Sequence record: DRR723986_3005
Length of the DNA: 64,000 nt
Strand: one strand, 5' to 3'
A program made the position numbers and the translations under genes. A model generated the notes under the pieces. It searched no databases and was not told the DNA's origin. It saw nothing but the letters and a program-made list of their open reading frames with translations. This document shows positions 19,325 to 30,092 of the stretch, in pieces (within the stretch, counting starts at the first letter, position 1; the number at the start of each line of letters is the position of its first letter).

Positions 19325-20335
19325 GTGAGTATTGAAGTAGGCAAATTATCAGGCGCACAAAAAGCTGCAGCTTTTATGCTGGCAATCGGCGAAGATTCCG
19401 GCCGCAGTATATGGGAAAAGCTAACCGATGATGAGGTTAAGGAACTGTCGCAGCATATGTCGTCTTTGGGGTCCGTAAACGCACTTGATGTGGAAGACCT
19501 ATTTGTTGAATTTGCCTCTCAAGTATCAACCGTTGGTAATTTGACCGGCTCTTATGACAGCACAGAGCGACTTTTATCCAAGATGCTGCCCAGTGACCGC
19601 GTCACCCAGATAATGGAAGAAATTCGCGGGCCTGCCGGGCGCACCATGTGGGACAAACTAGGCAACGTGAACGAAATGGTGCTCGCCAGTTACCTTAAAA
19701 ATGAATATCCGCAAACGGTTGCGGTAGTGCTTCAAAAAATTAAGGCCGAGCACGCGGCACGCGTGTTGTCTGTACTACCGGAAGACTTTTCCATGGAAGT
19801 CATCATGCGCATGCTGCGAATGGAATCGGTCCAAAAAGATATTCTCGACAAAGTTGAGCAAACCCTTCGGGTCGAGTTTATGAATAATTTGGCGCGCACA
19901 AGCCAACGCGACAGCCATGAAACCATTGCCGAAATATTCAATTTTCTCGACCGCAGTGCAGAATCCCGCTTTTTGGCAGCCCTTGAGGACCGAAACCGCG
20001 ATTCTGCCGAACGCATTCGCGCCCTGATGTTCACCTTTGAAGACCTTGCTAACCTTGATCCAAGCGGTGTCCAAACATTGCTACGCAATGTGGACAAAGA
20101 CAAGCTTGCGTTGGGCATGAAAGGCGCATCCGACACACTCAGAGACCTGTTCTTTTCCAACATGTCCGAACGGGCAGCAAAAATTCTGCGCGAAGATATG
20201 GAAGCCATGGGGCCTGTGCGATTGCGCGATGTTGATGATGCTCAAATGGACATGGTGAACAAAGCCAAAGACCTGGCCGAAGCAGGCGAGATTCTACTGT
20301 CCGATAATAAAGGCGAGGATGAGTTAATTTACTAA
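19325..20335 (+). CDS. fliG: Flagellar motor switch protein
   Basis: [29 protein letters not shown] and GPVRLRDV motifs. Confidence 0.96.
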   Translation: MSIEVGKLSGAQKAAAFMLAIGEDSGRSIWEKLTDDEVKELSQHMSSLGSVNALDVEDLFVEFASQVSTVGNLTGSYDSTERLLSKMLPSDRVTQIMEEIRGPAGRTMWDKLGNVNEMVLASYLKNEYPQTVAVVLQKIKAEHAARVLSVLPEDFSMEVIMRMLRMESVQKDILDKVEQTLRVEFMNNLARTSQRDSHETIAEIFNFLDRSAESRFLAALEDRNRDSAERIRALMFTFEDLANLDPSGVQTLLRNVDKDKLALGMKGASDTLRDLFFSNMSERAAKILREDMEAMGPVRLRDVDDAQMDMVNKAKDLAEAGEILLSDNKGEDELIY

Positions 20336-21006
20336 TGGTTAGCCCCATAAAATATACCTTTGATCAGGCCTTCGATGGCGGTGCTAAATCGCGCCATGAC
20401 CTTGAGATTGAGCAACTGATGACCGAGGCCGAACAAGCCCGTCAGGAAAGCCATGCCCGCGGCCTTCAGGAAGGTCATCAGCAGGCGTTGGGGGAAATCG
20501 AAGCCGCCACAAAGGAGGCGATTGCCAGCCTAACGCAAGCAGCACAAGCGCTTTTTGAACAGCGACAAAAGCTGGAATCTAGCCTTAAGCAAGAAATGGT
20601 GCATTTGTCCTATGCCATTGCCTCAAAGCTGTCTTCGGCGCTCATCAGGTCAAAACCTACGGCAGAAGTGCAAGCCCTTATAGAAGATTGTCTGGCAACC
20701 GCAGCACCAGAGCCCCGACTGGTTGTCCGTGTTTCTGAAACTATATGCGACCAAATCGCCAGCGAACTGGATGCAATGAAAAGCGCCACAAATTTCACCG
20801 GCGATATCGTGTTGATAGGCGAACCACAACTAACGGCACTGGATTGCCGGGTTGAATGGCCTGACGGTGGTTCAGAGCGCAATCATGACATGGTCAAACA
20901 CGAAATCGAAGATGCCGTGCAACGCTTTGTCATATCAGAGTCAGAGCAATCAATCCCGAATGAAACCGGCCAAACTGGCGGGGCAGAAGCAGTACCAGCC
21001 GTTTGA
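20335..21006 (+). CDS. fliH: Flagellar assembly protein FliH (FlbE)
   Basis: KYTFD N-terminus, GxxxG repeats and DCRVEWPDGG; between fliG and fliN. Confidence 0.85.
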   Translation: MVSPIKYTFDQAFDGGAKSRHDLEIEQLMTEAEQARQESHARGLQEGHQQALGEIEAATKEAIASLTQAAQALFEQRQKLESSLKQEMVHLSYAIASKLSSALIRSKPTAEVQALIEDCLATAAPEPRLVVRVSETICDQIASELDAMKSATNFTGDIVLIGEPQLTALDCRVEWPDGGSERNHDMVKHEIEDAVQRFVISESEQSIPNETGQTGGAEAVPAV

Positions 21007-21062
21007 TACACAACCGCCCAACCAATTGGTTTGGCACCGAGATAAAACGATAGGATGAGAAG

Positions 21063-21422
21063 ATGGCAGACGAAAGCGAAACACCTGAAGACATGGGTCT
21101 TACCGACCTGTCATCGGATAGCGCAAAAAGCCCGGACCTTGCCCCAAAAGAAGATGGGCAAGTGCGTACCGCCCAGGAACTGGAACCTGTATTTGACGTA
21201 CCCGTCCGGGTGCAAGCCATTTTAGGCCGGTCCACACTGGAGGTAAGCCAACTGTTAAAACTGGCCCCGGGCGCCGTAGTAGAACTAGACCGAAAAGTCG
21301 GTGAAGCCATTGATATATATGTCAATAATCGCTTAGTGGCGCGCGGTGAAGTTGTTTTAGTGGAAGACCATCTCGGTGTCACCATGACCGAAATCATCAA
21401 ACTAGACGGCGCAGCAATTTAG
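21063..21422 (+). CDS. fliN: Flagellar motor switch protein
   Basis: SpoA domain VFDVPV...LG...LLKL.PG.V.ELDRKVGEAIDIYVNNRLVARGEVV. Confidence 0.95.
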   Translation: MADESETPEDMGLTDLSSDSAKSPDLAPKEDGQVRTAQELEPVFDVPVRVQAILGRSTLEVSQLLKLAPGAVVELDRKVGEAIDIYVNNRLVARGEVVLVEDHLGVTMTEIIKLDGAAI

Positions 21423-21448
21423 CGTGTGATGGAAGGATTACTCAACAT

Positions 21449-22216
21449 ATGAGTACCGTTTTTGGCATGTTAACCGCTTTTTTGCTGGTAGTCGGCGCCA
21501 TTCTGCTTGGCGGGTCGCCGCTTGTTTTCATAAACCTGCAAGGCGTTTTAATTGTTATTTTAGGCACTATTGCCGTTACTGCCATTAGCTTTCGCCTGCA
21601 GGAAATGATCTCGCTGCCAAACAACATATGGGCACTACTCAGACACGGTCAACGCGACCCGAACGAAGAAGCCATCAAAGTATTGAAAATTGCGGTCGAG
21701 GCAAGAAAACACAATGACATCCTTATGCTTGAACGCCTTCTACCACGACTGAAAGACACACCCTTCTTGATGAAATCAATCCAATTGGTGGTGGACGGCG
21801 CGCAGCCAGACGAAATTGAACAAATCATGCGACGCGAAGCCAGCACAGCAAGTGCAAGGCATATGCGTGCGGTTGATTTCTTGCGTCGTGCCGGTGACGT
21901 AGCGCCTGCAATGGGCCTGATTGGTACGCTCATTGGTTTGGTAAGGATGCTTGGCAATCTTGATAACCCGGCGGCGATCGGCCCCGCTATGGCGGTGGCG
22001 CTTCTGACAACTTTCTACGGCGCGGTTCTGGCTCACCTTGTTTTTATTCCACTTGCGGCAAAAACAGAACATTGCACAGAAGAAGAAGGCCTTGTGAACA
22101 ACCTTTATGCGATGGGGGCCACCTCCATCAGGCGCAAAGAGAACCCGCGCCGCCTTGAGATGCTTTTAAACACAATTTTACCACCCGCGAAACGTGTGAC
22201 CTTTTTTAAGTCATAA
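21449..22216 (+). CDS. motA: Flagellar stator A subunit (MotA/PomA family)
   Basis: APAMGLIGTLIGLV.ML..L..P..IGPAMAVALLTTFYG motif; four TM segments. Confidence 0.88.
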   Translation: MSTVFGMLTAFLLVVGAILLGGSPLVFINLQGVLIVILGTIAVTAISFRLQEMISLPNNIWALLRHGQRDPNEEAIKVLKIAVEARKHNDILMLERLLPRLKDTPFLMKSIQLVVDGAQPDEIEQIMRREASTASARHMRAVDFLRRAGDVAPAMGLIGTLIGLVRMLGNLDNPAAIGPAMAVALLTTFYGAVLAHLVFIPLAAKTEHCTEEEGLVNNLYAMGATSIRRKENPRRLEMLLNTILPPAKRVTFFKS

Positions 22217-22249
22217 CGCACGCGGCCAGAACTAAGACGGAGAAATACG

Positions 22250-23653
22250 ATGAGACTATTGATCGTTGGTACACTCGATGGGCAGCTTGGTGCCGCCAGC
22301 AAAATGGCCATGGACAAAGGTGCACAAGTGACCCACGCACCTGATGCTGATATGGCATTGAAAATTCTGCGAAGCCGGGGCGCTGACCTATTGATGATCG
22401 AGATTTCACTTGATATTCCCGCCATCATTCCAAAATTGCGCGCCGAGCATTTCTCTATTCCTGTGGTTGCTTGCGGCATCGGTACTGACCCTAAAATAGC
22501 AGCAGCAGCCATTCGCGGCGGTGCCAAGGAATATATCCCCCTGCCTCCGGATGCTGAGCTGATTGCAGCCGTATTAGAAGCAGTAGCCGAAGACGACCAG
22601 CCCTTCATCTACCGCGATGCCATTATGAAAGAAGTTGCAACACTGGCCGAGCGCATTGCGCCGTCTGAAGCCAGCGTGCTGATCACAGGGGAAAGCGGCA
22701 CAGGTAAAGAAGTTATGGCTCGTTTCGTTCACCAAAAAAGCCACCGCGCTAACAAACCGTTTGTGGCTGTCAATTGCGCAGCCATCCCTGAAAACCTTCT
22801 AGAATCTGAACTATTTGGTCATGAAAAAGGAGCATTCACCGGCGCGGTCGCACGCAGGATTGGTAAATTCGAAGAAGCTGACGGCGGAACGCTGCTTCTT
22901 GATGAGATATCCGAAATGGACGTAAGGTTGCAAGCAAAGTTGCTGCGCGCCATTCAGGAACGTCAAATTGATCGCGTTGGTGGCTCTAAACCTGTGAATG
23001 TGGACATTCGCATAATCGCTACATCAAACAGAAATTTGCAGAAAGACGTGAAGGAAGGCAACTTCAGAGAAGACCTGTTTTTCCGCCTGAATGTATTTAA
23101 TTTGCGCGTACCACCACTACGCGAACGGCCCGCAGATATTGCAGCTTTGTCTGTTTATTTTGCCGAAAAATATGCTGACGTTAACCAGGTTGAAAACCGC
23201 CCAATTTCAGAACAGGCTGTTGCTGTACTGAAGGCTCATACTTGGCCCGGCAATGTTCGCGAACTGGAAAATGCGATGCATCGCAGTGTATTGCTTGCCA
23301 ATGGTCCGGATATTTCAGTTGCAGCTATTATGCTGCCCGATGCAAGCGGCAACCTGACAATGCCATCAAGCTTAAGCGAGGCACCTGGCGACATAAGCGG
23401 CAGCACTGAACCAGCAGAAAGTGGTGGTGCAACTGACGTTGAAGACCAAGTTGCAATGGTCGGTAAAACTGTTGCCGAAGTAGAGCGCGAATTGATCATT
23501 GATACGCTAAAGCACTGCTTGGGTAATCGCACTCATGCCGCCAACATTCTTGGCATTTCTATCAGAACGCTGCGGAATAAATTGAACCAATATAACTCAG
23601 AGGGTGTTCCGGTGCCTCAGCCCGGCGATAGCGGCGCTCGCGTTGCCGTTTAG
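22250..23653 (+). CDS. flbD: Sigma54-dependent flagellar activator
   Basis: Atypical receiver MRLLIVG.L.GQL; AAA+ [23 protein letters not shown] and [34 protein letters not shown]. Confidence 0.93.
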   Translation: MRLLIVGTLDGQLGAASKMAMDKGAQVTHAPDADMALKILRSRGADLLMIEISLDIPAIIPKLRAEHFSIPVVACGIGTDPKIAAAAIRGGAKEYIPLPPDAELIAAVLEAVAEDDQPFIYRDAIMKEVATLAERIAPSEASVLITGESGTGKEVMARFVHQKSHRANKPFVAVNCAAIPENLLESELFGHEKGAFTGAVARRIGKFEEADGGTLLLDEISEMDVRLQAKLLRAIQERQIDRVGGSKPVNVDIRIIATSNRNLQKDVKEGNFREDLFFRLNVFNLRVPPLRERPADIAALSVYFAEKYADVNQVENRPISEQAVAVLKAHTWPGNVRELENAMHRSVLLANGPDISVAAIMLPDASGNLTMPSSLSEAPGDISGSTEPAESGGATDVEDQVAMVGKTVAEVERELIIDTLKHCLGNRTHAANILGISIRTLRNKLNQYNSEGVPVPQPGDSGARVAV

Positions 23654-23732
23654 GCCAATTCAGTTAGCAGCTTAATACTAGAAACTTATCCACCTCACCC
23701 TTTGAGTTTGAGTGCAATGGTAGCAAATTTAT

Positions 23733-25856
23733 ATGAGTAATACGGCAAGTGACAATCAAGCTGTAGAAGGCGCACCCGGCGGAAATCTGGCCATTTCGGC
23801 GTTTCTAAACGCATTAAAGCGTACTGATATCGCCTTTGCTTTTGGCATGGTTTTCATCTTGATGATGTTGATTATGCCAATGCCAGGCTGGCTGTTGGAC
23901 ATTATGCTAGCTACCAGCATTACCTTTTCTGTCATGGTGTTGATGACAACGGTCTTCATCACCAAACCACTGGAATTTAACAGTTTTCCTACTATCCTAT
24001 TGATCGCAACCATGTTGCGCCTCTCGTTGAACCTGGCATCTACACGGTTAATTTTATCAGAAGGGCACAAAGGTACTGACGCAGCAGGCGAAGTGATTGA
24101 AGCCTTCGGCCAATTCCTTATGGGCGGTGAAGTTGTTATTGGCATCATCGTTTTCTCAATTCTCGTAATTGTGAACTTTGTCGTGATTACCAAGGGGTCA
24201 GGCCGCATTGCTGAAGTGGCAGCCCGTTTTAGCTTGGATGCGATGCCTGGCAAGCAGATGGCTATTGACGCTGATTTGTCGTCCGGCCTTATCGATGAGC
24301 AGGAAGCCATTGCAAGGCGCAAAGAACTGGAAGACGAAAGCACCTTTTTTGGCTCGATGGACGGTGCCGCAAAGTTTGTGCGCGGTGATGCCGTTGCTGG
24401 CATACTCATTACAATCATCAATATTGTTGGCGGCATTATCATTGGCGTGGTGATTAACGACATGTCTTTCGCAGAAGCCAGCAGCCGTTATACCATTCTA
24501 ACAGTCGGCGATGGATTGGTGTCTCAAATTCCGGCACTAATTGTCTCAACTGCTGCTGGTATGCTTGTTACCAAGGCCGGTGTTTCAGGCCAAGTAGACC
24601 AAGCATTGTTTGGCCAGTTAAGCGCCGCACCGCGTGCGCTTGGCGTTTCCAGCTCATTATTAATTGTTATGGGTTTAATGCCCGGCCTGCCCTTCATTCC
24701 ATTCGCTTTACTTGGCGGTACCCTAGCCTACACGGCTTATGCGGTTTCGAACCGAAAAGAACAGAACATTGTTGACGGTGAAAATGCCAAAATCGCCGAA
24801 ACAGAAAAGGCCAAGCCTGAAGAAGAACCCATATCTGCCACACTAGCCATTGACCAACTGCGGCTGGAGCTGGGCTACGGCTTACTGACCATGATAAACG
24901 ACGACAGTGGTTTTCGTTTAACTGACCAAATCAAAGCGCTACGGCGACAACTGGCAAGCGAAATGGGTTTTGTCATGCCGTCTGTGCGCATTCTCGACAA
25001 TATGCAATTGCCGTCTAACACCTATGTACTGCGGGTGAAAGAAACCGAGATTGGCCGAGGTGACATCAGACCCGGTATGCTGCTCATAATGGACCCGGAA
25101 GGCCAGCCCGTACAAATTGCCGGTGAAGCAACCACAGAGCCAGCCTTTGGCCTGCCCGCCACATGGGTTGACTCAGGCTCGCGCGAGGAAGCAAATTTCC
25201 GCGGCTATACCGTTGTTGATGCACCCACCGTGATTACCACGCATCTGACAGAAGTGATAAAAAGCAACATGTCAGACTTGCTGTCATACGCTGAAACTCA
25301 AAAACTCCTGGAAGACCTTCCGGGCGAGCATCAGAAGCTCATTGCAGACATTATTCCAAGCCAGATCACAACATCTGGCTTACAGCGCGTACTGCAGGCA
25401 TTACTGGTTGAGCGCGTATCAATCCGCGACCTCGCAACCATTTTGGAGGGCGTCGCTGAGGCCACCGGCTTTACACAGAATATTGTTAATATAACCGAGC
25501 ATGTGCGCACACGCTTGGGCCGACAGCTTTGCGCGGCCTATGCCAACACGGAAGGATTAGTACCGTTGATCACGCTCTCTCCGGAGTGGGAGCAAGCTTT
25601 TGCTGAAAGCTTAGTGGGGCAAGGCGAAGAAAAACAATTGGCGATGGCACCAACAAAACTGCAAGAATTTATCAACTCTATTCGCTTGATATACGACCAA
25701 CAGGCCGAAAAAGGTGAATCCCCTGTCATGCTTACCAGCCCCTTGGTGCGCCCTTATGTGCGGTCGATTATTGAGCGGTTCCGTCCCTCAACGGTTGTCA
25801 TGAGCCAAAATGAAATTCATCCGCAAGCAAAAATCAGAACACTCGGCCAAATATAG
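23733..25856 (+). CDS. flhA: Flagellar export gate protein
   Basis: RLSLNLASTRLIL, RIAEVAARFSLDAMPGKQMAIDADL and LTVGDGLVSQIP motifs. Confidence 0.97.
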   Translation: MSNTASDNQAVEGAPGGNLAISAFLNALKRTDIAFAFGMVFILMMLIMPMPGWLLDIMLATSITFSVMVLMTTVFITKPLEFNSFPTILLIATMLRLSLNLASTRLILSEGHKGTDAAGEVIEAFGQFLMGGEVVIGIIVFSILVIVNFVVITKGSGRIAEVAARFSLDAMPGKQMAIDADLSSGLIDEQEAIARRKELEDESTFFGSMDGAAKFVRGDAVAGILITIINIVGGIIIGVVINDMSFAEASSRYTILTVGDGLVSQIPALIVSTAAGMLVTKAGVSGQVDQALFGQLSAAPRALGVSSSLLIVMGLMPGLPFIPFALLGGTLAYTAYAVSNRKEQNIVDGENAKIAETEKAKPEEEPISATLAIDQLRLELGYGLLTMINDDSGFRLTDQIKALRRQLASEMGFVMPSVRILDNMQLPSNTYVLRVKETEIGRGDIRPGMLLIMDPEGQPVQIAGEATTEPAFGLPATWVDSGSREEANFRGYTVVDAPTVITTHLTEVIKSNMSDLLSYAETQKLLEDLPGEHQKLIADIIPSQITTSGLQRVLQALLVERVSIRDLATILEGVAEATGFTQNIVNITEHVRTRLGRQLCAAYANTEGLVPLITLSPEWEQAFAESLVGQGEEKQLAMAPTKLQEFINSIRLIYDQQAEKGESPVMLTSPLVRPYVRSIIERFRPSTVVMSQNEIHPQAKIRTLGQI

Positions 25857-25916
25857 CCTAGCCACTTTGAAATAATAACAGAGCGATAAGCTCAAGAAGT
25901 AAGGACTATCCCTTTT

Positions 25917-26933
25917 ATGCGTCTCAAAACCTTTCATGCGACTTCAATGCAGGAAGTGATGGATGATGTGCGTACCATCCTGGGGCCTGATGCTATTATC
26001 GTGCAGGTTGATGAAGGCGGGCATGGTGTGCGGGTAACCGCAGCACTTGAGGGGAATGCCACACCACCGCCACCAGCTAATGCGCCGCTGCCTAACCAAA
26101 CGCCTGCTGAGTATGAGATTTCGCATCCCATCCCAAAGGCCATGGACTTTGATGCCGCAGATGTGGCCGCCGTGCTTAACCATCACGCCATACCATTTGA
26201 CACGGCCCAGCATTTCAAATCAGCAATCACCGCAATTGAGGCAAACAGCCTTTCTGAGGCTTTTGCTGCTGCGCTGGATGCTGTGGTAAGGTTTAGCCCA
26301 CTCACCGACAAAACTGCACGGCCAATTATGCTGATTGGGCCACCCGGTGTTGGCAAAACTATTTCAACAGCAAAACTTGCTGCCGATGCCTTGCTGCACA
26401 ATAAAACTGTGCGCCTGATAACCACTGACACCATTAAAGCGGGCGGCTTACAACAGCTTGATCACTTCGCTCAGTTAATGAAACAAACGGTTTCCACCGC
26501 CGAAACTCACGAAGAATTAGCAGCAGTTATGCGCAGCCAATCTGAAACCGCAGATCTAACGCTGATTGATACATCAGGCACAAACCCCTTTGATATCAAC
26601 GAACTAAAATCTTTACTGCAATTTATTCGGGCGATTGACGCAGAACCTGTGCTGGTTATGCCTGCAGGGCTTGACCCATTAGACGCCCAAGAAATAGCCG
26701 GTATTTTTGCCCGTATGGGGTGCCAACGTTTCATTGCCACACGACTAGACGCTGCTCGCCGCTACGCGGGGTTAATAATGGCAGCTCGGCCCGGCTATCT
26801 TGCATTAGCTGGCATAAGCCGCAGTCCATTTGTTGCTGATGGGCTTGAACCCGCAACCCCGGCAAATTTCGCCAGACTATTAACATCGCTGCCAAACAAT
26901 CAGGCGAATATTGAGAAAAACGAGCAAAAATAA
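25917..26933 (+). CDS. flhF: SRP-family flagellar GTPase
   Basis: MRLKTF.A N-terminus; GPPGVGKT...AKLAA, DTSG and TRLD; between flhA and the MinD-like gene. Confidence 0.85.
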   Translation: MRLKTFHATSMQEVMDDVRTILGPDAIIVQVDEGGHGVRVTAALEGNATPPPPANAPLPNQTPAEYEISHPIPKAMDFDAADVAAVLNHHAIPFDTAQHFKSAITAIEANSLSEAFAAALDAVVRFSPLTDKTARPIMLIGPPGVGKTISTAKLAADALLHNKTVRLITTDTIKAGGLQQLDHFAQLMKQTVSTAETHEELAAVMRSQSETADLTLIDTSGTNPFDINELKSLLQFIRAIDAEPVLVMPAGLDPLDAQEIAGIFARMGCQRFIATRLDAARRYAGLIMAARPGYLALAGISRSPFVADGLEPATPANFARLLTSLPNNQANIEKNEQK

Positions 26934-27703
26934 TGACAAAACACGCAGAAATTTCCGGTGGAAAGCTGATAACAATTGCATCCGGCAAAGGCGGGGTTGG
27001 CAAAACATGGCTATCGGTCACGCTAGCCCATGCACTGGCGCAGCTTGGGCGAAAGACTTTGTTGTTTGACGGCGACTTGGGGTTGGCCAATGTGGATATT
27101 CAGCTTGGCTTGATGCCTGAGCGCGACTTGGGAACTGTGTTGGCAGGAGATACAAGTTTACCAGAAGCAATCACCAAATTCACTGATGCCGCCGGTGGAA
27201 GTTTCGATATTATCGCTGGAAAATCTGGTTCTGGTGCCCTTGGGTCTTTAACACCAGCAACGCTTTCCGGCCTTAGAGATGACTTGGTCGCTTTCTCTGA
27301 AACTTATGATCACACGCTACTTGATTTGGCAGCCGGCGTTGACCCTTCGGTAACTACATTGTCAGACCATGGCGGTGATATTTTAGTGGTATTGAGCGGT
27401 GATCCTACATCCCTCACCGATGCATATGCCTTTATCAAGCTCACCATAGCGCGCAACCCGAGCGCCAGAATTTCCATCGTGGTCAATAACGTTGCCAGCA
27501 AAAAAGACGGCGAAAAAGTATATGAGGCCATCAAACGGGCCGCGGAAGGATTTTTAAAGATTTCGCCGCCGCTCGCAGGTATCATCAAAACGGATAAAAA
27601 AGTTGTTGAGGCAATTCGAGCGCAAATGCCCCTTTTGTCAAGACATCCACAATCAAAGGCAGCAGCTGATATTATGGCACTTGCCAATCGGCTGACTGGG
27701 TAA
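26933..27703 (+). CDS. flhG: MinD-like flagellar number regulator FlhG/FleN
   Basis: SGKGGVGKT, DGDLGLANVD and PTSLTDAYAFIK motifs. Confidence 0.88.
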   Translation: MTKHAEISGGKLITIASGKGGVGKTWLSVTLAHALAQLGRKTLLFDGDLGLANVDIQLGLMPERDLGTVLAGDTSLPEAITKFTDAAGGSFDIIAGKSGSGALGSLTPATLSGLRDDLVAFSETYDHTLLDLAAGVDPSVTTLSDHGGDILVVLSGDPTSLTDAYAFIKLTIARNPSARISIVVNNVASKKDGEKVYEAIKRAAEGFLKISPPLAGIIKTDKKVVEAIRAQMPLLSRHPQSKAAADIMALANRLTG

Positions 27704-27732
27704 CCCATCCACGCTAATCGGTGGAGGCACAT

Positions 27733-29964
27733 ATGAGCGATATTGCTGGCCCACCAGCACCGAAGGAAATCCAGTCGCCAATACGCGGCGCGGATAAAGC
27801 CGCTCATGTGTCCAAGGACCCCAACAGCACGAATACGCCATCCGGTGATCAGCCGCGCGAGCAAACAGCACGTGACCAAGGCGAAACGCAAAACAGCCGG
27901 GACCCTGCTGTTTCAATTGCTCCAACGGCAGCACACCTTAAGCCCGGCCAGGAAATTACGCAGACAGTTGCCAAGGTTGATGCCGAAGGTCGGCCCATCA
28001 TTGTCACAGAAACTGTCACGCTTGCCTTAAAACCGGCTGCTAGCCTAAAACAAAATGATGCTGTTCAATTAAAGGTTGTTGATGCGGGCAGGCATGTAAC
28101 AGCTGATTTGGTGCAACAGAATGCTGTAAAAATAGACCCGCCAGTAAGACTGTCCGTTACTGTGATTGAAGTACATGCACCAAGTAACGCGCCAAGCATG
28201 CAAAACCCGCAACAACCAATAGACAAACTTGACGCACCTTATGACGCCCCCAAAAAGCCGGTTGCTAACAATCCCGCAACTGTGCAAACAACAACCACAG
28301 AGTTGTCAACGCTCATTGGGCGGAACACCAATTTGCCGCCTATGTCTGCAAGCGATCAGGAAAGTAAAACAAGCCCAGCCAGTGCAAACGCATCCATCGC
28401 TAATTCAGCCGACCTTGCAACATTGATACAGCAACAATCCGCTGCCTCACATGAAAAGAAAAGTTCTGCTCCTGCCACCGGTGTAACACGCCCCCTAACC
28501 GCAAGTGGGCCCGGCATAGGACCAGCCTTAAACGCTGTGGCCATTAATGGTGCGCCTGCTGTTATCCAATTACTGGATACATCAATTAGCACGGTTAGGC
28601 CTGCCGATGTTGCAACTGTACAAAACGTGCAAACTGTTACGGCTGCAGAGGCAAGGGTATTACCCATTGGTGCTTCCGAAATAAGTGCGCGCACAGACAA
28701 GACCGGCGGCACAGGCGGTGCGGGCGGAGAGTTGATGAAATTAGAAACATCACTTGGTAATTTTATACTACGAGCGACAGATGCAACACCCCTGAACGGT
28801 GAACATGTCCGCGTGTCCGTTGGCACAGCCCCTAACCCCGCAGTTTCAAGCGCTGCTGAGCCGCTAGTCAACACAACATATCGAGCGCTATTGATAGAAA
28901 GCAAGCCAGGCGCGGTTCCCATCCAGATCAACATTTCTTTTCTAGGCAAAACAGAAAAAGCCGATGAAGCGGCAAGCAATGTTGCAACGGTTACCTCTGT
29001 AAAAACGGCATCCGCTTTTTTTGGTGCCAATGGCCCTAAAACGGACCTCAGATTACAAACAACCAGCGGGGATATTTCAGTCACGGTTCCTTCGGGGGTA
29101 AAGCCGCAGGTCGGCGACAAGATCGCCGTTCTAACAGGGGGAAGCGGCGGTCAACCCAGTACTGGTTTAACAAGCGCGGCTAATTCAACGCTGCAGACCG
29201 GATTGCAGGAGACCAACAACACTTCGGTGGCTCAACCAACACAAGCCGCCAGCTTGGCAGGCACACCGAATGTTTTGGCCAGTTGGCCTGCTATGGAGGA
29301 AAGCCTAGCAGCCCTTCTCGGCACTAATTCTGCGGCAGCGGCAAGCCTAACTGCAAAAACAGCGCAAGGCGGTAGCAAACTAACCAACAGCCTCCTGTTT
29401 TTCCTAAAAGCCGCTGGCATGGGAAATAGCGGCAACTGGATAGGCAATGAGGTTGAAAAAGCGTTGGCCCGATCATCACAGGTTTCGCTTGGTAAATTAC
29501 GATCTGACATAGGCCAAATGGCCAGCCTTGCGGGTGAAACCATCGGCGAATGGCGCCCTATTATACTACCCTTTGATGCGCGCAGTGGAGAAGTGCCACT
29601 GGCGGTACTGCTGCTAGGGCAACGACAAGATATTGACCCAGATAATTCGCGGGACAACCCAAATTCAGGCGAACAGGACCAAGAAGAAAACCAGCGTTTC
29701 ATCCTGCAAGTTCAATTCTCTATGTTGGGTGATATTCAATTGGACGGAAACATTAGCAAGCATGTTTTCGATTTAACCGTGCGCAGCAAAATGGCCTTAC
29801 CAAACGCTTTGCAACAAGACTCTACTGAGCTTTTCTATCAGTCCTTAGCTGCAAATGGTTTTTCTGGAAGCATCAGTTTCCTTCAGCAGAATCAATTTTC
29901 AGTCGATGCTGCCGCTATGATCGAAGACCATATGCGCATCGAACCACTAACGCCGACAGAATAG
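27733..29964 (+). CDS. Large hypothetical protein with FliK-like C-terminal domain
   Basis: GGAGG RBS before ATG 27733; low-complexity Ala/Thr/Ser/Pro body; C-terminal RFILQVQFSMLGDIQLDG...DLTVRS. Confidence 0.6.
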   Translation: MSDIAGPPAPKEIQSPIRGADKAAHVSKDPNSTNTPSGDQPREQTARDQGETQNSRDPAVSIAPTAAHLKPGQEITQTVAKVDAEGRPIIVTETVTLALKPAASLKQNDAVQLKVVDAGRHVTADLVQQNAVKIDPPVRLSVTVIEVHAPSNAPSMQNPQQPIDKLDAPYDAPKKPVANNPATVQTTTTELSTLIGRNTNLPPMSASDQESKTSPASANASIANSADLATLIQQQSAASHEKKSSAPATGVTRPLTASGPGIGPALNAVAINGAPAVIQLLDTSISTVRPADVATVQNVQTVTAAEARVLPIGASEISARTDKTGGTGGAGGELMKLETSLGNFILRATDATPLNGEHVRVSVGTAPNPAVSSAAEPLVNTTYRALLIESKPGAVPIQINISFLGKTEKADEAASNVATVTSVKTASAFFGANGPKTDLRLQTTSGDISVTVPSGVKPQVGDKIAVLTGGSGGQPSTGLTSAANSTLQTGLQETNNTSVAQPTQAASLAGTPNVLASWPAMEESLAALLGTNSAAAASLTAKTAQGGSKLTNSLLFFLKAAGMGNSGNWIGNEVEKALARSSQVSLGKLRSDIGQMASLAGETIGEWRPIILPFDARSGEVPLAVLLLGQRQDIDPDNSRDNPNSGEQDQEENQRFILQVQFSMLGDIQLDGNISKHVFDLTVRSKMALPNALQQDSTELFYQSLAANGFSGSISFLQQNQFSVDAAAMIEDHMRIEPLTPTE

Positions 29965-30092
29965 CCTTAGCTTAATTTCAGCTGATTTTTTCTGCTTCTA
30001 ACAGCAAGTAAATACCACTTGATTTACAGTGCCTGGCCAGTGATGGTGTCGCCAATATCAACCCAAGAACCTGCGTCAACAAAGGATCTTTA

